NCBI GenBank assembly: GCA_039714795.1
Contig: JBDLIP010000002.1
Coordinates: 1-47,061, forward strand
Direction: 5' to 3'
Source: Pseudomonadota bacterium
GTDB lineage: Bacteria > Pseudomonadota > Alphaproteobacteria > JAGOMX01
DNA length: 47,061 bases
The translations under genes and the position numbers were made by a program. Each line of letters begins with the position of its first letter. Position 1 is the stretch's first letter. The notes beneath the pieces were generated by a model. It worked only from the letters and a program-made list of their open reading frames with translations. It did not search any database and was not told where the DNA came from. Shown here piece by piece: positions 45,218 through 47,061 of this stretch.

Positions 45218-46036
45218 TCAGCGACAATTAGAATTACCGATCGTATCGCCACTAGAGCGATGAGTTCTATCTTTAAGCCTTTGATAAGCCCGATAACTAA
45301 AGGGAAATGTGCACACGTAACCCAAGCCAATCACAAACAAGGTATACCAAAACGCATTGATCAGTGCAGTAATTGTAAGGCCTACCAATAGCATTAATGG
45401 CAATAACAAATGCTGCGGGATACGAGAACCCTTGAGTGAGTAGGTAGGCAGGCGACTCACCAATAAGAGACCTGCAAAGATCAGCAAGCATCCGTGTACA
45501 ATTGGCCACTGCACTAAAAAGACTTCCGTAGCGTTTTGCAGCATCAAACCCATGAGGGCTAAAAAAGCGCCGGCTGGAATGGGAACACCTGTGAAAAATC
45601 CTTGTGTCCAATCGGGCTGAGGGATGTCCAAGGCTGTGTTAAAACGGGCTAGCCTTAGCCCTGCACAAATCACGTAAAACAAAACCAATGCCCAACCAAA
45701 ACCATTCCATTGCTGCAATGAACTAATATAGAGCAAAACTGAAGGGGCAACGCCAAAGTTAATCATATCCGAAAGAGAATCAAGTTCAGCACCAAACCGG
45801 CTAGAAGTACCAAGCAGGCGGGCTAAGCGTCCATCCATAGCATCCAAAATTGCAGCGATCAAAATTGCAATCACAGCCATTTCATACCGATCAAGCAAAG
45901 CAAAGCGAATGGCGCTCAAGCCCGTACACAAAGCAACTAGAGTCATGATATTGGGAAGCACCCGAGAGATGGGGAGCTCTTGCAGACGTTCTTTAGGAGA
46001 GGGTTTATTGCCTGGGGTTGGGGAATCTGTAGACAT
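45218..46036 (-). CDS. pssA: CDP-diacylglycerol--serine O-phosphatidyltransferase
   Basis: Motif DAMDGRLARLLGTSSRFGAELDSLSD. Lies directly downstream of psd. Start taken at ATG 46036, 4 nt after the psd stop. Confidence 0.9.
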   Translation of the reverse strand: MSTDSPTPGNKPSPKERLQELPISRVLPNIMTLVALCTGLSAIRFALLDRYEMAVIAILIAAILDAMDGRLARLLGTSSRFGAELDSLSDMINFGVAPSVLLYISSLQQWNGFGWALVLFYVICAGLRLARFNTALDIPQPDWTQGFFTGVPIPAGAFLALMGLMLQNATEVFLVQWPIVHGCLLIFAGLLLVSRLPTYSLKGSRIPQHLLLPLMLLVGLTITALINAFWYTLFVIGLGYVCTFPFSYRAYQRLKDRTHRSSGDTIGNSNCR

Positions 46037-46040
46037 TGTA

Positions 46041-46745
46041 CTATCGGATTTTACCCATGCGCGGACTTTCCTTTGATTGGAAATCAGCGATGACGGTTTC
46101 ACCAGCAATCATTTTTTGTCCCACACAAACCAGGGGGGATTTTCCTGGAGGCAAATAAACATCAACGCGGCTTCCAAACCGAATAAGTCCATAAACTTGA
46201 CCCGTTTTCACGTAATCAGTTTGATTGACATCACAACGAATGCGCCGGGCTATAAGTCCGGCAATTTGCACGCATACCACGGATGTTTTAGGAGCAACCT
46301 CAATGACAATGGTGTGTCGTTCATTATGTTCACTGGCTTTGTCGAGCGAGGCATTAAAAAACTTACCAGGGTGGTATCTTGATTGTTCAAGGGTTCCCTT
46401 AATTGGAATACGATTGACATGCACATCAAAAATGTTCAAAAAGATGCTTACTCGGGTCCAGTCTTGCCCTTTAAGGTCAAGTTCACGTGGGGGCGCTGTT
46501 TTCTCAATAATGCTTTGAACCGTGCCGTCTGCAGGGCTCACTACAAGCCCATCGCGCTTGGGAACTACTCGGGGAGGATTACGGAAAAAATAAATAACCC
46601 AAAGGCTGACCAAGAGCATAACACCCGCCAAAGGGGGCATACCAAATGCATAAAGAAGAAAGGTGATCACAGCAGAAATGAGGATAAACGGCCAACCATC
46701 GCGGTGTATTGGAACAAAAAGAGTCTCTGAGACGGTGCTGAACAT
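46041..46745 (-). CDS. psd: phosphatidylserine decarboxylase proenzyme (short type)
   Basis: 234 aa. N-terminal TM helices, then the self-cleavage region GLIRFGSRVDVYLP. Confidence 0.92.
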   Translation of the reverse strand: MFSTVSETLFVPIHRDGWPFILISAVITFLLYAFGMPPLAGVMLLVSLWVIYFFRNPPRVVPKRDGLVVSPADGTVQSIIEKTAPPRELDLKGQDWTRVSIFLNIFDVHVNRIPIKGTLEQSRYHPGKFFNASLDKASEHNERHTIVIEVAPKTSVVCVQIAGLIARRIRCDVNQTDYVKTGQVYGLIRFGSRVDVYLPPGKSPLVCVGQKMIAGETVIADFQSKESPRMGKIR

Positions 46746-46836
46746 TTTTAGAACTACCCTGGTTACGTTGACCGTTGATATACCCTACCAGTCTAAACGT
46801 GTGCAGTGCAAGCTTGAAGGGGAAAGCGTGAAAGAC

Positions 46837-46911
46837 TGGCTGGGGTGGTAGGATTCGAACCTACGCATGCCGGTACCAAAAACCGGTGCCTTACCACTTG
46901 GCTACACCCCA
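46837..46911 (-). tRNA. tRNA-Gln (anticodon UUG), with CCA encoded
   Basis: The reverse complement is TGGGGTGTAGCCAAGTGGTAAGGCACCGGTTTTTGGTACCGGCATGCGTAGGTTCGAATCCTACCACCCCAGCCA. It folds as a cloverleaf with a U1-A72 pair, discriminator G73, anticodon stem CCGGT/ACCGG, anticodon loop TTTTGGT and T-loop TTCGAAT. Confidence 0.92.
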
Positions 46912-47044
46912 ATAACATTCTTTAAATAAACCACAAATGCTTGTTAGGCGCAAGAGTTGACCAGACAGGGCTGTTCAGTAAAAGCTTGCATTTTAGGTAA
47001 AATTTAGCTTTAGTATTGTCTAACCGTAACAAATGGAGGTTAAG

Positions 47045-47061
47045 ATGTTACTAGAAATTCT
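47045..47061 (+). CDS. 5' end of an unidentified gene (partial at the window edge)
   Basis: The ATG at 47045 is preceded by GGAGG with a 6-nt spacing. Only 5 codons are visible. Confidence 0.3.

Noticed and set aside
1-47061. Search for CRISPR arrays, rRNA genes, intact IS elements, integrases or prophage genes
   Set aside because: I saw no regularly spaced direct repeats, no rRNA-like sequence, and no intact transposase or integrase ORFs. Only two decayed transposase fragments are present.

Overview
This 47 kb chromosomal window is from a low-GC alphaproteobacterium. The taxon call rests on ALAS-type hemA, hdaA, a DUF1849/EipB-like gene and the pepA-holC-ndk gene order. The small palindromic repeats, IS debris and split nuo operon suggest a Holosporales/Rickettsiales-like intracellular lineage, but that is inference. 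The backbone is housekeeping: nuoJKLMN, hdaA, pgsA, ndk, holC, pepA, rpmG, folC, accD, uppP, a GST, hemA, xseA, a 4-gene MlaE/MlaF/MCE/PqiC-like lipid-transport operon, a DD-carboxypeptidase with a SPOR domain, creD, pssA-psd and tRNA-Gln. Three things stand out. (1) An accessory block of about 9 kb (14.7-23.9 kb) lies between rpmG and folC and contains two transposase remnants. It carries an orphan MoxR-like AAA+ ATPase, an orphan secreted protein, a REC-like/PAS/GGDEF cyclase, and a tightly coupled 5-gene operon: a GspE/PilB ATPase, a GspF/PilC platform, and three unannotatable proteins whose topology matches PilM-N or GspL, PilO or GspM, and PilP or GspC. No pilin, prepilin peptidase or secretin is present. 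(2) An isolated tssL(dotU)-tssM(icmF)-tssA(ImpA_N) trio (35.9-42.1 kb) has none of the sheath, tube, baseplate, spike, TssJ or ClpV genes nearby. (3) A family of palindromic MITE/RPE-like elements of about 120 bp has at least 6 copies in intergenic regions. In every co-directional spacer the copy has the same orientation as the flanking genes. One copy extends the holC ORF in frame, and one supplies the last codons and stop of xseA. NuoJ also carries an insertion of about 87 aa with two extra hydrophobic helices. No CRISPR array, rRNA or intact mobile element was seen.
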